Virus record (IMG/VR): IMGVR_UViG_3300014169_000010 | Coordinates: 1 to 48,471 of that record | Source of the DNA: a virus | Lineage: Duplodnaviria; Caudoviricetes | Reading direction: 5' to 3' (one strand) | Length of the DNA stretch: 48,471 bases | Shown: positions 7,659 through 17,100 of the stretch, piece by piece | How positions within the stretch are numbered: position 1 is the stretch's first letter | How the letters are laid out: each line of letters begins with the position of its first letter | Position numbers and translations under genes: made by a program | Notes under the pieces: generated by a model | What the model saw: only the letters and a program-made list of their open reading frames with translations | Databases searched by the model: none | Told to the model about the DNA's origin: nothing

Positions 7659-10174
7659 CGCGTTTGTCCGCGGCGCGGCGCCTCTTGCGCCATACTCACG
7701 GCAGCGGCCACAGCCTTGCGGGAGCTCATCGCCATCATGCGCGCGGCATCGCCCTTGCGCAGCAGGTCGTCGGTCACGACGGCGCCGCGAAAATCATAAT
7801 TGTGGACGTGCGTATCTCCTCCACCGGTCTTGAATCCGAGCGGCGTAACATGCGCCCGGCCGGAGCCGTCAAGGTCCACGCGCTCCGCGCCCGCTTCGCC
7901 GGAAATGAAAGACGAGCCTGGCACCGCGTCGCCGCCATCTGCGAGTAGCGGGGTGATCCCTTGGGCGGTCGGTGTGCTTGCGAATGATGGTGTGAATGAA
8001 TCAAGGTCGCCGCCGCCGGCAGCGGTGCTGGTCCCCGCACCACCAAAGCCGAAGAATCCACCGCCGCCGGCGGCCGGCGCTGGCGCAGCGGCCGATGCTG
8101 GCGCAGCGGCCGATGCGGCTCCGCTTTTCGCCAGAATTGCGGCAGTCAACCTATTCAGCGCGGCAGTGTTAGCGTTTTCGGCCGCATCTTTTCCCCCGGC
8201 ACCGCCCAGCACGCCCCCGATCTTCGCGCCGATGCCGTGGCCGAGTGCGCCCCCAAGCGAAGCAATGCCCTTGGTGAGCGCGAACTTGATGCTCATTTCC
8301 TCCAGGCTGCGGAAGTAATTGGCCCACATCCGCCGCAGTTGCTCATGTTCGCCGGCCGTCGCGGTAATCGTCTTGGCGATGCCGTCCTCGAAATCCTTGA
8401 ACGCGGTGCTCAGAATATCGAAGGCAAACTTCCCGTTTTCGGATCCATCATGCTGCAATTGGAGCCAGAAGGCGTGAACACCATCTTGCATACGCCGGCT
8501 CGAGGCGAGCGCTTTTTCCTCTTCCTCGGTAATTTTGCGCATCGCTTCGGCGTAAGCTTTTGCGCCCTCCGCGCCGGCGATGAAGGTGCCGTCAAAATGT
8601 CCTTGCGCGTCTTTATTTTTTAGAGCGTTATCCAATTCGGCGACGGCGAGCGTGTACCGTTGTACCGGCGTCAGTGCCTCAATATAAGCCTTGCTGATAA
8701 GCTCCTGTTCTTTTCGTTCCCGCTCCTCTGCCGTAAAGTGTGCGAGCTGGCCCGCCACCGCGCTGCCGGATGCCAGGACAGGCGAGGATGTGGGCCCTCC
8801 CAGCGGGAACGGAAAGCCGCCGGCATCTTCGCGGCTGCGGCCTTCCCGCCGGCTATGCTCCTCTTGCAGCAGCCGTTCCATCTCGATGACCGCGCCCTGC
8901 TGGATATTAAGTTCGTGCAACTTGACGGCGGCTTCGTCCGCGCTCATGCCCAGCAGTTTGTATACGCCGGTTTCGCCGACCAGTCCGCGCAGGGATTGCA
9001 GATCGCCAAGCTGCTTCTCCAATTCCTCATCCAACTTGCGTAGCGGATCGCCCTTGTCCATCGCCTCTTCGAGAGCTTTTCCGTATTGCTTCGCCTCTTC
9101 CGCCGCTTTGCGCTGCGACTTCTCGACTCCGCGCAGCAGCCGGTTCATCTCCTCTTGATGTTCCCGCGCCGCGCGCGCGGCTTCTGCGGCATCGCGCTTG
9201 GCATCGGCCGCATCCTGTTTTCGCTTATCGGCGCCAGCCTTGTCCTCATCCAACTTTGCCGAGGTCTGCGATGCGTGTTTCAGTTGCTCGACTTGTTCAA
9301 GTTGGACGATCAGGTCCCGCTGCCGGTTCAGTTCATCGCCGCTGTAAACATTCGGCAGTTGCCGCATGATGTTCAGCAGCAGTTGCGCCTGTACGACCTG
9401 GCGATCGATGAATTCTCCGGACTTGTTGGTGTGGGCGAGAACGTCTTTCTGCGATAGCGTGTCGAAGGTCTGCCGGATCTTCTCAAAGCGGTCATTGATG
9501 CCTTCGACGCCGAGAGTGCTATTGAACGAAAATGTTTGATGCAAAATTCCGCCAAGGCCGGCGAGGAAACGCGTCGTCCAGCTATTCGCTTCCGCAGCAG
9601 CGCGGGATTCTTTAAGCATGGCCTCGGCCAGCGCATCCACTTTCTTCGCGGCTTCGTCTATGCTCTTGCTGTCGATTTCCTCCAGGCGGTAGTTGTATTC
9701 CGCGTTGTGGTCACCGCCGAGCGCGGCCAGTTCCGAGCGGGTTTTCGCGTCATGCAGCGCGTAATAATTCTTGCCTTCGGCCAGGACGCTGTTGGTCTTG
9801 ACCACCGCATCCTGAAATTCCTTTTCTTTTTTCTCCGCCTCATCGATCTTGCGAAGTCCCGCTTCAAAGGCTGAAAACAGCGCATAGCCCAAAGCGGAGA
9901 ATGCTACGCCCGGCAGGATGCCGGCAATCGCCTTCGATAGCGCGGGGAACGTCTGCGAGATAATGCGCGCGACGGGGCGCGCTACGTGGATGCCCAGCGC
10001 TTCGTCAATGATGCGCAATCCGGCCTGGCCATCCCGCGCCGATTGCTTCCACTGCCGCGACATTTCTGACGAGACGAAGCCGTTGAATCCCTGGACGCCC
10101 TTCATCTTCTCCAGAAATTCGCTGGGGTCGAGCCCCAGCCGTGCTGCCATCGCGCCTACGTTTAATGTGGCCAT
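7655..10174 (-). CDS. Tail tape measure protein
   Basis: 839 aa, Ala/Glu/Lys-rich and helical; N-terminal ARLGLD, C-terminal A.GG...G...GE.G.E motif; expected position. Confidence 0.9.
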   Translation of the reverse strand: MATLNVGAMAARLGLDPSEFLEKMKGVQGFNGFVSSEMSRQWKQSARDGQAGLRIIDEALGIHVARPVARIISQTFPALSKAIAGILPGVAFSALGYALFSAFEAGLRKIDEAEKKEKEFQDAVVKTNSVLAEGKNYYALHDAKTRSELAALGGDHNAEYNYRLEEIDSKSIDEAAKKVDALAEAMLKESRAAAEANSWTTRFLAGLGGILHQTFSFNSTLGVEGINDRFEKIRQTFDTLSQKDVLAHTNKSGEFIDRQVVQAQLLLNIMRQLPNVYSGDELNRQRDLIVQLEQVEQLKHASQTSAKLDEDKAGADKRKQDAADAKRDAAEAARAAREHQEEMNRLLRGVEKSQRKAAEEAKQYGKALEEAMDKGDPLRKLDEELEKQLGDLQSLRGLVGETGVYKLLGMSADEAAVKLHELNIQQGAVIEMERLLQEEHSRREGRSREDAGGFPFPLGGPTSSPVLASGSAVAGQLAHFTAEERERKEQELISKAYIEALTPVQRYTLAVAELDNALKNKDAQGHFDGTFIAGAEGAKAYAEAMRKITEEEEKALASSRRMQDGVHAFWLQLQHDGSENGKFAFDILSTAFKDFEDGIAKTITATAGEHEQLRRMWANYFRSLEEMSIKFALTKGIASLGGALGHGIGAKIGGVLGGAGGKDAAENANTAALNRLTAAILAKSGAASAAAPASAAAPAPAAGGGGFFGFGGAGTSTAAGGGDLDSFTPSFASTPTAQGITPLLADGGDAVPGSSFISGEAGAERVDLDGSGRAHVTPLGFKTGGGDTHVHNYDFRGAVVTDDLLRKGDAARMMAMSSRKAVAAAVSMAQEAPRRGQTR

Positions 10175-10253
10175 AAGTCTATTTGGGTAGAACGTCTATT
10201 TGAATGGAATCAACGAATTAAGCGAAGTGGTTAAACTGAACAAAATGCTTGAC

Positions 10254-10841
10254 TCAAATTCCCAGCGCCGCCAGCCGTTCGCGGATGGTATCCGCGATCA
10301 CTTCGACCGCGTGGTCTTTCGTTTGCTCGAATGCCGGCTCGAGCCACGGATACGGCGGCGTGCTCAGGTTTCCATAAGCGCGTGATGACGGATCCGTGTA
10401 GGTGTTGAGCTTCTTACCTTGCTTCCGCGCCCGCGCCGAATCGCGCTTGAACGCCGCATTGTGCGCCAGCCCTTCGCCCGGAGAGCGGTGCCCGACTTCC
10501 AGAAAATATCCGTAGATGCCAGGGTTCGTGGTTTGGTCGGGACGCACATCCATGCCATGCGCCATGCGCCGCGGCGCGACGCGCCGGTAGTTGCCGGGGT
10601 CCCATCCGGGGCCGATCAGCACATACTTCGCCGGGCCATCACTGCGCGCGCGAGTGACCACCACAATGTCGCGCATCAGCACGCCAGTCAGCCGGTGCAC
10701 CAATTCTTCGGCGCGAATCTGTACCACTGTGCCGCCCTTTTCCAATGCCTCTTTGGCAATCGGATTCGCCACGATCATGGCGATGCGGTCTAGCCGGTCA
10801 TTGAACGGCGTGACATTCATGTTGAAAACCGCGTTCATCAT
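10254..10841 (-). CDS. HK97 gp10-like tail completion protein
   Basis: TG.L.RDI, YG.FLE.G and PPYPWL.PAF motifs. Confidence 0.8.
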   Translation of the reverse strand: MMNAVFNMNVTPFNDRLDRIAMIVANPIAKEALEKGGTVVQIRAEELVHRLTGVLMRDIVVVTRARSDGPAKYVLIGPGWDPGNYRRVAPRRMAHGMDVRPDQTTNPGIYGYFLEVGHRSPGEGLAHNAAFKRDSARARKQGKKLNTYTDPSSRAYGNLSTPPYPWLEPAFEQTKDHAVEVIADTIRERLAALGI

Positions 10842-11278
10842 GGCTTTTGTCCAGGCTTTTTGAACCCGTGTACCAGGGATTGCTTATAAGCTTCCAATTC
10901 GGCGTCGGATGGGGCGCGCTCATTTTCCTTTTCCGCGAGGGCTTCGCGGCGCAGCCGCGCCAGCCGTTCTTCCGGAAACTCGGGCAGGAAGTCGCGGGCG
11001 CGAAACGGCTCCGGAACCTTCTCCCGGTCGCGATGCACGTTGTAAAGTTCCGCGCTCACCATGGCGCCGGAGAGCATGTAGCGGCGGTCGCGGAATTCCA
11101 GCCGCTTCATCAGCAGATGCAGCGCGGCCGGGTAGATGGAAAGAAATTCGTAATCGGACAGGCCCAGATCTATTCTGGAAATTGACCAGAGCTTGCCGGT
11201 GACGTCAACGGACTCGTCATGATGTTCAGCGTCTTCTTCTCCGCCGGAGCTGTCGTCTCCGGCTTCGGCGCGTTTGGG
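10838..11278 (-). CDS. Tail assembly chaperone gpGT-like C-terminal extension, read via -1 frameshift
   Basis: The -1 frame is open from the slippery site: ...KLWSISRIDLGLSDYEFLSIYPAALHLLMKRLE... and runs into ORF 10838..11110. Confidence 0.8.
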   Translation of the reverse strand, partial: PKRAEAGDDSSGGEEDAEHHDESVDVTGKLWSISRIDLGLSDYEFLSIYPAALHLLMKRLEFRDRRYMLSGAMVSAELYNVHRDREKVPEPFRARDFLPEFPEERLARLRREALAEKENERAPSDAELEAYKQSLVHGFKKPGQKP

Positions 11279-11877
11279 TCCGCGTCCTCTTTTGCCACAT
11301 CGTCATTCTTGATGTGGGCATTAAGCGCTTTGGTCAAGGCAACGGCGACGGCTTCCGTGTTCCCGAAATTTATGAGACTTGCCAGCGATTCGCGGTCGAT
11401 TTGCGGCCGATATTCCTTGCCCGTGAAGGTATGCGTTCCCACCCACACTGCCAGGATGAACCGCTCGGCATCGGTGTCGGGATCCATCTTCTGCCAGTTG
11501 CCGCGGTCATAAAGGCTGTCGCCCTTGCACTCCTCTTCGTCGATCGCTATTTTCAGCAGCGTGGCTTCTTCGAGGAGTTCCTGAAATTTCGCCCAGGCGG
11601 CATCTCTTACCGCGCCCTCATCATCCTTGTTTGGCGCAGCATTGCGCGCCTCGGCAATAACCGTTCGCCGCTTGCTCCGAAGGTCGCGCAACTCTTCGCG
11701 CGTGAGCGCCGGGATGCCCTGCTGCCGGCGTTCCTCGCGTCGCTGGCGGTCGAGCTTCGCCGTCTCTTTTTGATACAGAATGACGGCAGCCACCGGAAAG
11801 GCGACGGTGTAGGACTTGCCGCCGAGCGAGAGCGTCACGGCTTCGCCCGTCAGGGCTTCCTGTAAAAGCTGGTTCAT
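11170..11877 (-). CDS. Tail assembly chaperone (gpG-like)
   Basis: GGAG RBS; lies between tail tube and tape measure; slippery site near the 3' end. Confidence 0.75.
   Translation of the reverse strand: MNQLLQEALTGEAVTLSLGGKSYTVAFPVAAVILYQKETAKLDRQRREERRQQGIPALTREELRDLRSKRRTVIAEARNAAPNKDDEGAVRDAAWAKFQELLEEATLLKIAIDEEECKGDSLYDRGNWQKMDPDTDAERFILAVWVGTHTFTGKEYRPQIDRESLASLINFGNTEAVAVALTKALNAHIKNDDVAKEDADPNAPKPETTAPAEKKTLNIMTSPLTSPASSGQFPE
11243..11278 (-). other. Programmed -1 ribosomal frameshift signal
   Basis: In-frame C-CCA-AAC heptamer (11278-11272), 8-nt spacer, then hairpin GCCGGAG-N7-CTCCGGC. Confidence 0.8.
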
Positions 11878-11917
11878 GGATTTGACTCCGAAAAAATCTT
11901 TTGCCCGGCCCTTCGCG

Positions 11918-12301
11918 TTACGGCGATTTTGGCGTTTTCGCTTCCGCCTTGGCCGCGGGCGGCACGATGCCCGCTTTTTGCAGATCGCACTTCACATCGT
12001 CGGACCATTTGTTCTCAGTCTTAATCTGGCCGCAGACCGCGTTGAAGTTCGCCAGCGCCGTTTGCAGCCCATCATTGGCGAGAAAAAATTGCAGTTGCGC
12101 CTCGTGCAGATGGGCCCGTTGTAATTCGGTCATTTTGTATTCCGGGGCCGGTGTGGATGTGCTCGTTGACGAAATCGCACGCGGAGTCGCCTTCGCTGGG
12201 ACATTCGCGGACGCAGCGGACTGCGACAGCGCGGCCGTCCCCATGAAGCATCCGACGAGCGCGATAAGTACGCAAACCGGTTTGAAGATCTGAATTCTCA
12301 C
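11918..12301 (-). CDS. Secreted/periplasmic hypothetical protein inside the tail module
   Basis: GGAGG RBS with GTG at 12301; signal-peptide-like FKPVCVLIALVGCFMGTAALSQ. Confidence 0.6.
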   Translation of the reverse strand: MRIQIFKPVCVLIALVGCFMGTAALSQSAASANVPAKATPRAISSTSTSTPAPEYKMTELQRAHLHEAQLQFFLANDGLQTALANFNAVCGQIKTENKWSDDVKCDLQKAGIVPPAAKAEAKTPKSP

Positions 12302-12388
12302 TTGGCATTGCCTCCAATCGCTTTCTACCACGGTCACCCTCCGGCGGCAATTGCCGCCGAAGGGTACAGCGGTCCAAGGAGAATGCAG

Positions 12389-12850
12389 TTACTCGCTGAT
12401 CGCCGATCCGCCTTCCGGCGTCAGGGTTTCGATACCGAACACGGACACTTCAAACTTGTAGCGGTTGGCTTTGCGGACTTCCACCGTGGGCGCCTCAAAG
12501 TTGCTGATGTAGCACAGGCCCACGAAGGTTGTGCCATCCGTCAGCGTCACTTTGTAGCCGAGGAGCGCCATCGACTGGAAGTAGGACTGCATGGCGGTGA
12601 TGGTGGGGTTTTGCGCGTCATACACGCCCTCGCCCTGCCACTTGCCGTTATCCACCAGCGTGGGGAACGGGAAGGCATTCGTGCCTGGCGAATCCAGACA
12701 GGTGATGTCATCCATATCCACTTTGGTGCTGCCCTTGCTGAATTTTTCGAGTTGAGCCATCGGCGTGTATGCACTGTTGACCGAGCCTCCGGCAGTCGTG
12801 GCAAAAGCAATTTGCGTACCACGGCCCTGATAACCTACGGGGTTTCCCAT
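12389..12850 (-). CDS. Major tail tube protein
   Basis: Y.GRGT and DIT.LDSP...P...D.G motifs of lambda gpV-like tubes; AAGGAG RBS. Confidence 0.85.
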   Translation of the reverse strand: MGNPVGYQGRGTQIAFATTAGGSVNSAYTPMAQLEKFSKGSTKVDMDDITCLDSPGTNAFPFPTLVDNGKWQGEGVYDAQNPTITAMQSYFQSMALLGYKVTLTDGTTFVGLCYISNFEAPTVEVRKANRYKFEVSVFGIETLTPEGGSAISE

Positions 12851-12907
12851 AATTGTTCTCCTTGGATTTGTTTGGGGTTTACAGCGGTAAAAGCGTGAAG
12901 CGAAAAG

Positions 12908-13384
12908 CTAGACCTTGACGATCTGGAAAGCGTCCTCTTGGAATGCCGACGGCTGGAACGCGGTCTGCGGACTGGTCATGCCGCCGACAATGCGCAGCGT
13001 CCCCGAAAAGCGGTAGGCCCGCGAGACTTTCACTTCCCAGAAAACGAAATGGCTGACATACGCTGCATAGGCATAAATCGATCCGTCCACCAGAATGATG
13101 CGCCAGTTCACCAGCGTCAGGTTGGCGTGGAATTGTTGCAGCGTCAGGTACGTCAGGTCGCCGGGATCGAGCACGCCGGCAAAAGTAATTTCTCCGGCCT
13201 TGATGCGCGTCGGGTAAGGACGGTCGAAGTTATCCGGCGTGGCCAGGTTCGTCTGGTCCACGAAGTTTTGCTCGGAGCCGCCGTGTTTGAACTCGGTCAA
13301 CTGCGCGACCGGGGTATAGTTCACCTGGTCGAGCGAATAGAGAAGCTGCGAACCGCGGCCGTTGTAAGTGGTGGGATTCCCCAT
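12908..13384 (-). CDS. Second tail tube paralog
   Basis: Colinear similarity to 12389..12850 (MGNP..Y.GRG.Q, YTP.AQL..F..G, L.DG, A.Y.F); C-terminal AFQPSAFQEDAFQ. Confidence 0.8.
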   Translation of the reverse strand: MGNPTTYNGRGSQLLYSLDQVNYTPVAQLTEFKHGGSEQNFVDQTNLATPDNFDRPYPTRIKAGEITFAGVLDPGDLTYLTLQQFHANLTLVNWRIILVDGSIYAYAAYVSHFVFWEVKVSRAYRFSGTLRIVGGMTSPQTAFQPSAFQEDAFQIVKV

Positions 13385-13896
13385 TAGGTTGTTTCCACAA
13401 AGACGAGTTCTACGTGCAGGGAGCGCCGCAGAAGATACCCTCCGCCGCCAAGTTCGTAGTGGGCATCGTATTCATCCAGAATCCGGACATCATGGATTTC
13501 GACGTTCCCTTCGTTCACCTCGCCGTATTGCACTCCCGGCAGTTCGGCGGTGCCCGTCCCCAGGCCCTCAAACTGCCTCCGGATAGCGCGCGCGAGGTAT
13601 GCGGCCGTCAGGTAGCCGGAATAGACCACAGGGTTGCTCTGCGCATCCTGGGCCACGCAGCCAAATTGAAAGTAGCCGCGAATTTCCTGCCCGGGCTGTG
13701 CGCTTCCGACGTCCAGCGTCTCCGATTCATTGGGAGATTTCAGGCGGTCGATGATCACCGCCGGCAACGGCGATGGCTGCTTCGGCAGAAACGAAAAGCA
13801 GCACGACTTCGGGTCTGCCTTTCCCGCCGTCTGCGCGAGGCACTGGCTTATGGCCGGGTTGGAGAGGAACCATGCGACGAGAGATTGTTCGATCAT
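13384..13896 (-). CDS. Tail terminator / tail completion protein
   Basis: MIEQSL..W, LP...LPA..I and FQF.C.A pattern; immediately before the tail tube genes. Confidence 0.7.
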   Translation of the reverse strand: MIEQSLVAWFLSNPAISQCLAQTAGKADPKSCCFSFLPKQPSPLPAVIIDRLKSPNESETLDVGSAQPGQEIRGYFQFGCVAQDAQSNPVVYSGYLTAAYLARAIRRQFEGLGTGTAELPGVQYGEVNEGNVEIHDVRILDEYDAHYELGGGGYLLRRSLHVELVFVETT

Positions 13897-14135
13897 GCCC
13901 GTGGATGTTCGACATACTGCGGCGCTGGCAATCCCGTGAGCATCACCGCCAGCCGGACCGCCTTTGAACCTCTTTCAATGCCGGCTTTGCGGTACATGCG
14001 CATAAGGTGCGCCTTCACGACGCCTTCGCAGATGCCGCGCGCGGCGGCAATGTCCTTGACGCAATAGCCCTCCACGAGCAGGTCGGCGACGCGGCGTTCT
14101 GCCCGGGTAAATTCGATGTAGGGATCGGCATTCAT
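13893..14135 (-). CDS. LuxR/GerE-type HTH DNA-binding protein
   Basis: FT.AE.RV..LL.EG...KDIA...GI....VK.HL.RMYRK.G. Confidence 0.85.
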   Translation of the reverse strand: MNADPYIEFTRAERRVADLLVEGYCVKDIAAARGICEGVVKAHLMRMYRKAGIERGSKAVRLAVMLTGLPAPQYVEHPRA

Positions 14136-14136
14136 G

Positions 14137-14180
14137 GCTTTTTAATTGCCTTAAAATTGCCTTTTAATTGCCTTTTAATT
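14137..14180. repeat. Four tandem 11-bp repeats (consensus GCCTTTTAATT)
   Basis: gctttttaatt gccttaaaatt gccttttaatt gccttttaatt. Confidence 0.9.
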
Positions 14181-17100
14181 ACAGGCAGTTGGGATTCGTC
14201 GAAGCGTTGTACACGCAGCCCACGGTCCCCGTGCTCATCGGGATGTAGCTGTAGGCGCCCATGTCCCATGTGCTGCGCAGGTTGCCCATCAGGTCATAAT
14301 TAAACGGCGACGCCTCTGTCACGCCCGCGCCGTTCGTCGGTGAGTTCGCCGTCGGGCGAAAATCCAGCGCGTATCCCGTCCCTGGGCAGGCATAGAATGT
14401 GTTTCCCGTGTAGCTCCCGGTATAGCCGGTGCCCACCGGCGGCATCTGGTCATTCTCGTTGCAGCTTCGCAGCAGGTTCATCAACTTGGTTTCGCTGATG
14501 ACCGTCGCGCCCGCCTGCATCGCGCCGTCGAATTCGTTCTGCACCAGGTCGGGATTGAGTTCGTTGATGTGCTGGAAAAAGCCAATCGGCCTGCCCCACA
14601 GCGCGTTCTTGAAGGCGTCTGCCGCCATCACATTGCGCATGCCGGCATAGCTGAGATTCTGTAGCGAAGGAACGCTGCCCTGGCTGAGAATGTTGAATAC
14701 GTTGTAGCCGTTGGCCAGCGTGGTATTCGCGGCGCAGCAGGGCTTGAGCGATGCCGTCCCGCGGACTCCCGTGTACCCAAGCGATTGCGCGATGGTTTCG
14801 GTCTGCGGATCTCCGTAGCTCGAAGGCATCACATAAATGCGGTTGGTCGGCATCCCGGTCATGAAGTAGTTCATCCAACTTCCGGCCCACTGCATTTCGT
14901 CGGTTTCGAGATAGTTTTCGAGAAAATCCAGTTTCACCGGCGAGGCTTTCACGTCGCTGATAGTGACGTCATTCAATCCCCAGGCATGGGCGTCGCCCTT
15001 GGCCAGCGAATCCACCGAGACGGTGTACTTGCCGCTCGACACCAGGGTGGAAACGATGGCGCCGAGCGTCCCAATCTCGGCGCATCCGCTGGGCGGAATG
15101 TAGGCATTCTGGCCCGGCGGAATCGGCGTCAGGTCCCAACAGTGATAAGCCGCCGGGTCCGCGCTGTACGGGCTGGGCGAGAGCGTCAATGTCGGCGCAC
15201 CCGACGCATGCGTGATTGTCAGGCTCACCGTGGTGGCCAGTCCGCCAATGTATTGCAGATTGATGAGCGCGTGGCACGGAACCGTAGTAGCCGATGCCGA
15301 ATAAAGCGAAGCGCCGGAATCGTCGCCGCAGTTCGCCGCGGGCGGCGCCCAATATTCGTGCGAGACGGAGTGCGTGACCACATCCCAGCCCGCGTCAATC
15401 CACGAGTCCTGCACCCGCGGAATAATGCCCGCGAGCGGGCCGCTTTGCGCATCGCCCGAATAATCGCTTCCCGTAACTACCGCAATCGAGTAGTTATAGC
15501 AGGCCACATTCGACGGACCGCAGTTCGTCCCATTCGTGCCCAGCCGCGTGGCGATTGGCAGCAGTTGATTCACGAATTCATCGGAGTACGGCACCAGGCC
15601 AGGGTCATCGTAGGTAAAAGACACGTAGGCCGGAAAGCGCCGCCATTCCTTCACGAAGGGCGAGACGAGATTGCCATAGAAATTGCTGGTGCTCTCATTG
15701 GCCAGATCGGCGAAGGCGAGGTTGTGCGTGCCTTTGTTGCCGCTTGAAACCGTAATTGCGCCGCCGCTGTCCGAGGATGCCGGGCACGCCCACGACGCAT
15801 TCGCGGGATTCTGCCCGAGCAGCACCGTCACCGCGCCGCCGGAAGTGGAAGTCGAATTGATGACGTAATTGGTGGCGAAGCCGGAGTGCGTCAGCGTCCC
15901 CGCGCCCGTGCCGCTGCCTTTCGTGCTCACGCTGAGGAATTCTCCCGCAATCAGCCCCGTCGGAGATCCGCCGTTTGTCCAGGTCATCGTCACCACGCCC
16001 GGAGTGCCCGCGCAACTGAATCCGCCGGAAGGCGCGTTGAAATTCATCTGGACGTCCGTCTCTAAACCTGTCGCCAGATTGTTGGCAAACAGATGCGAGT
16101 AATCGAAGGCCGCGGCGCCGCCGAGATTGTCCTGAATCCCATAAGTGCGGTTGGCATAGGAGCGGTTGTTTTTCAGATCGATCACGCAGGCCGAGCACGG
16201 CTGCCCGGTGCCATTGGCGAACTTGTAACCGACATAATTGCCGATCGCGTCCGTGTTCCAAATGTGGATGTCGCTCGGCGTCCCCGACGTGCTGATGTAA
16301 AAGCCAATCTGGGTGTACTGTTCACAGTAGCCGCTGGCCGTGATGTAGGTCTGCGACGGGCACACCGCGCCGCTGTAGTTATCGCGGAAGAGGCCATTTT
16401 CCACCAGCGAATCGGACGCCATGTTGGCGAAATAAATGTGGTCGCCAGAGGCATTCGCGTCGTAGGGAATCTGCACGCCGATGCCGTCGAACCAGTCAAT
16501 CTGCAAGTGCTGCACATGGATGTAGCTCAATGCCCCGGTGGCGCTGCCGAGTTGCAGCATGACGCTGCCGCCATTCGCCGGAATTTGCGCGTTGCTAATG
16601 GCGATGGGCGCGACCTGGCCGTAGTACGTCGTGGGATTCGACGGGCTATAGACGAAAAGCCGCTGGTAGCCGGTATCGTTTGCGGGAGTCGCAAGCGCGA
16701 ACGATCCCGTAGCGCCCGTCAGGCTGATGTCCGAAGTCGAATAAGTGAAGGTGATGGTATTGGCTGTGACGCCGGTGACTGTCTCCGAGAGTCCGTTAAG
16801 AAGGGTGGTGCTGGTCCATCCCGAGCCGGTGTAGGGCGCGCCGAAGCTTCCCAACTTAATGGTTTGCCCGTTCAGCGCCGTCTGCTGCGCTGACGTCAGG
16901 GGAAAGTTCAGATAGAGCGTGACCACATCCGAAGCGATGCTCACTTGATTCACGGCGAATGTTCCGGAATCGAAATACCAATCCCCGAGGCAGGGCGAAG
17001 TGCCGCTGCAAAATGTGTTGGCCTCGAGCGCGGCCAGCGAGCCGAACTGGTTTCCCCAAACATACCCCGCGCCGCCGGGGTTGCCGAATTGCACAAAGTT

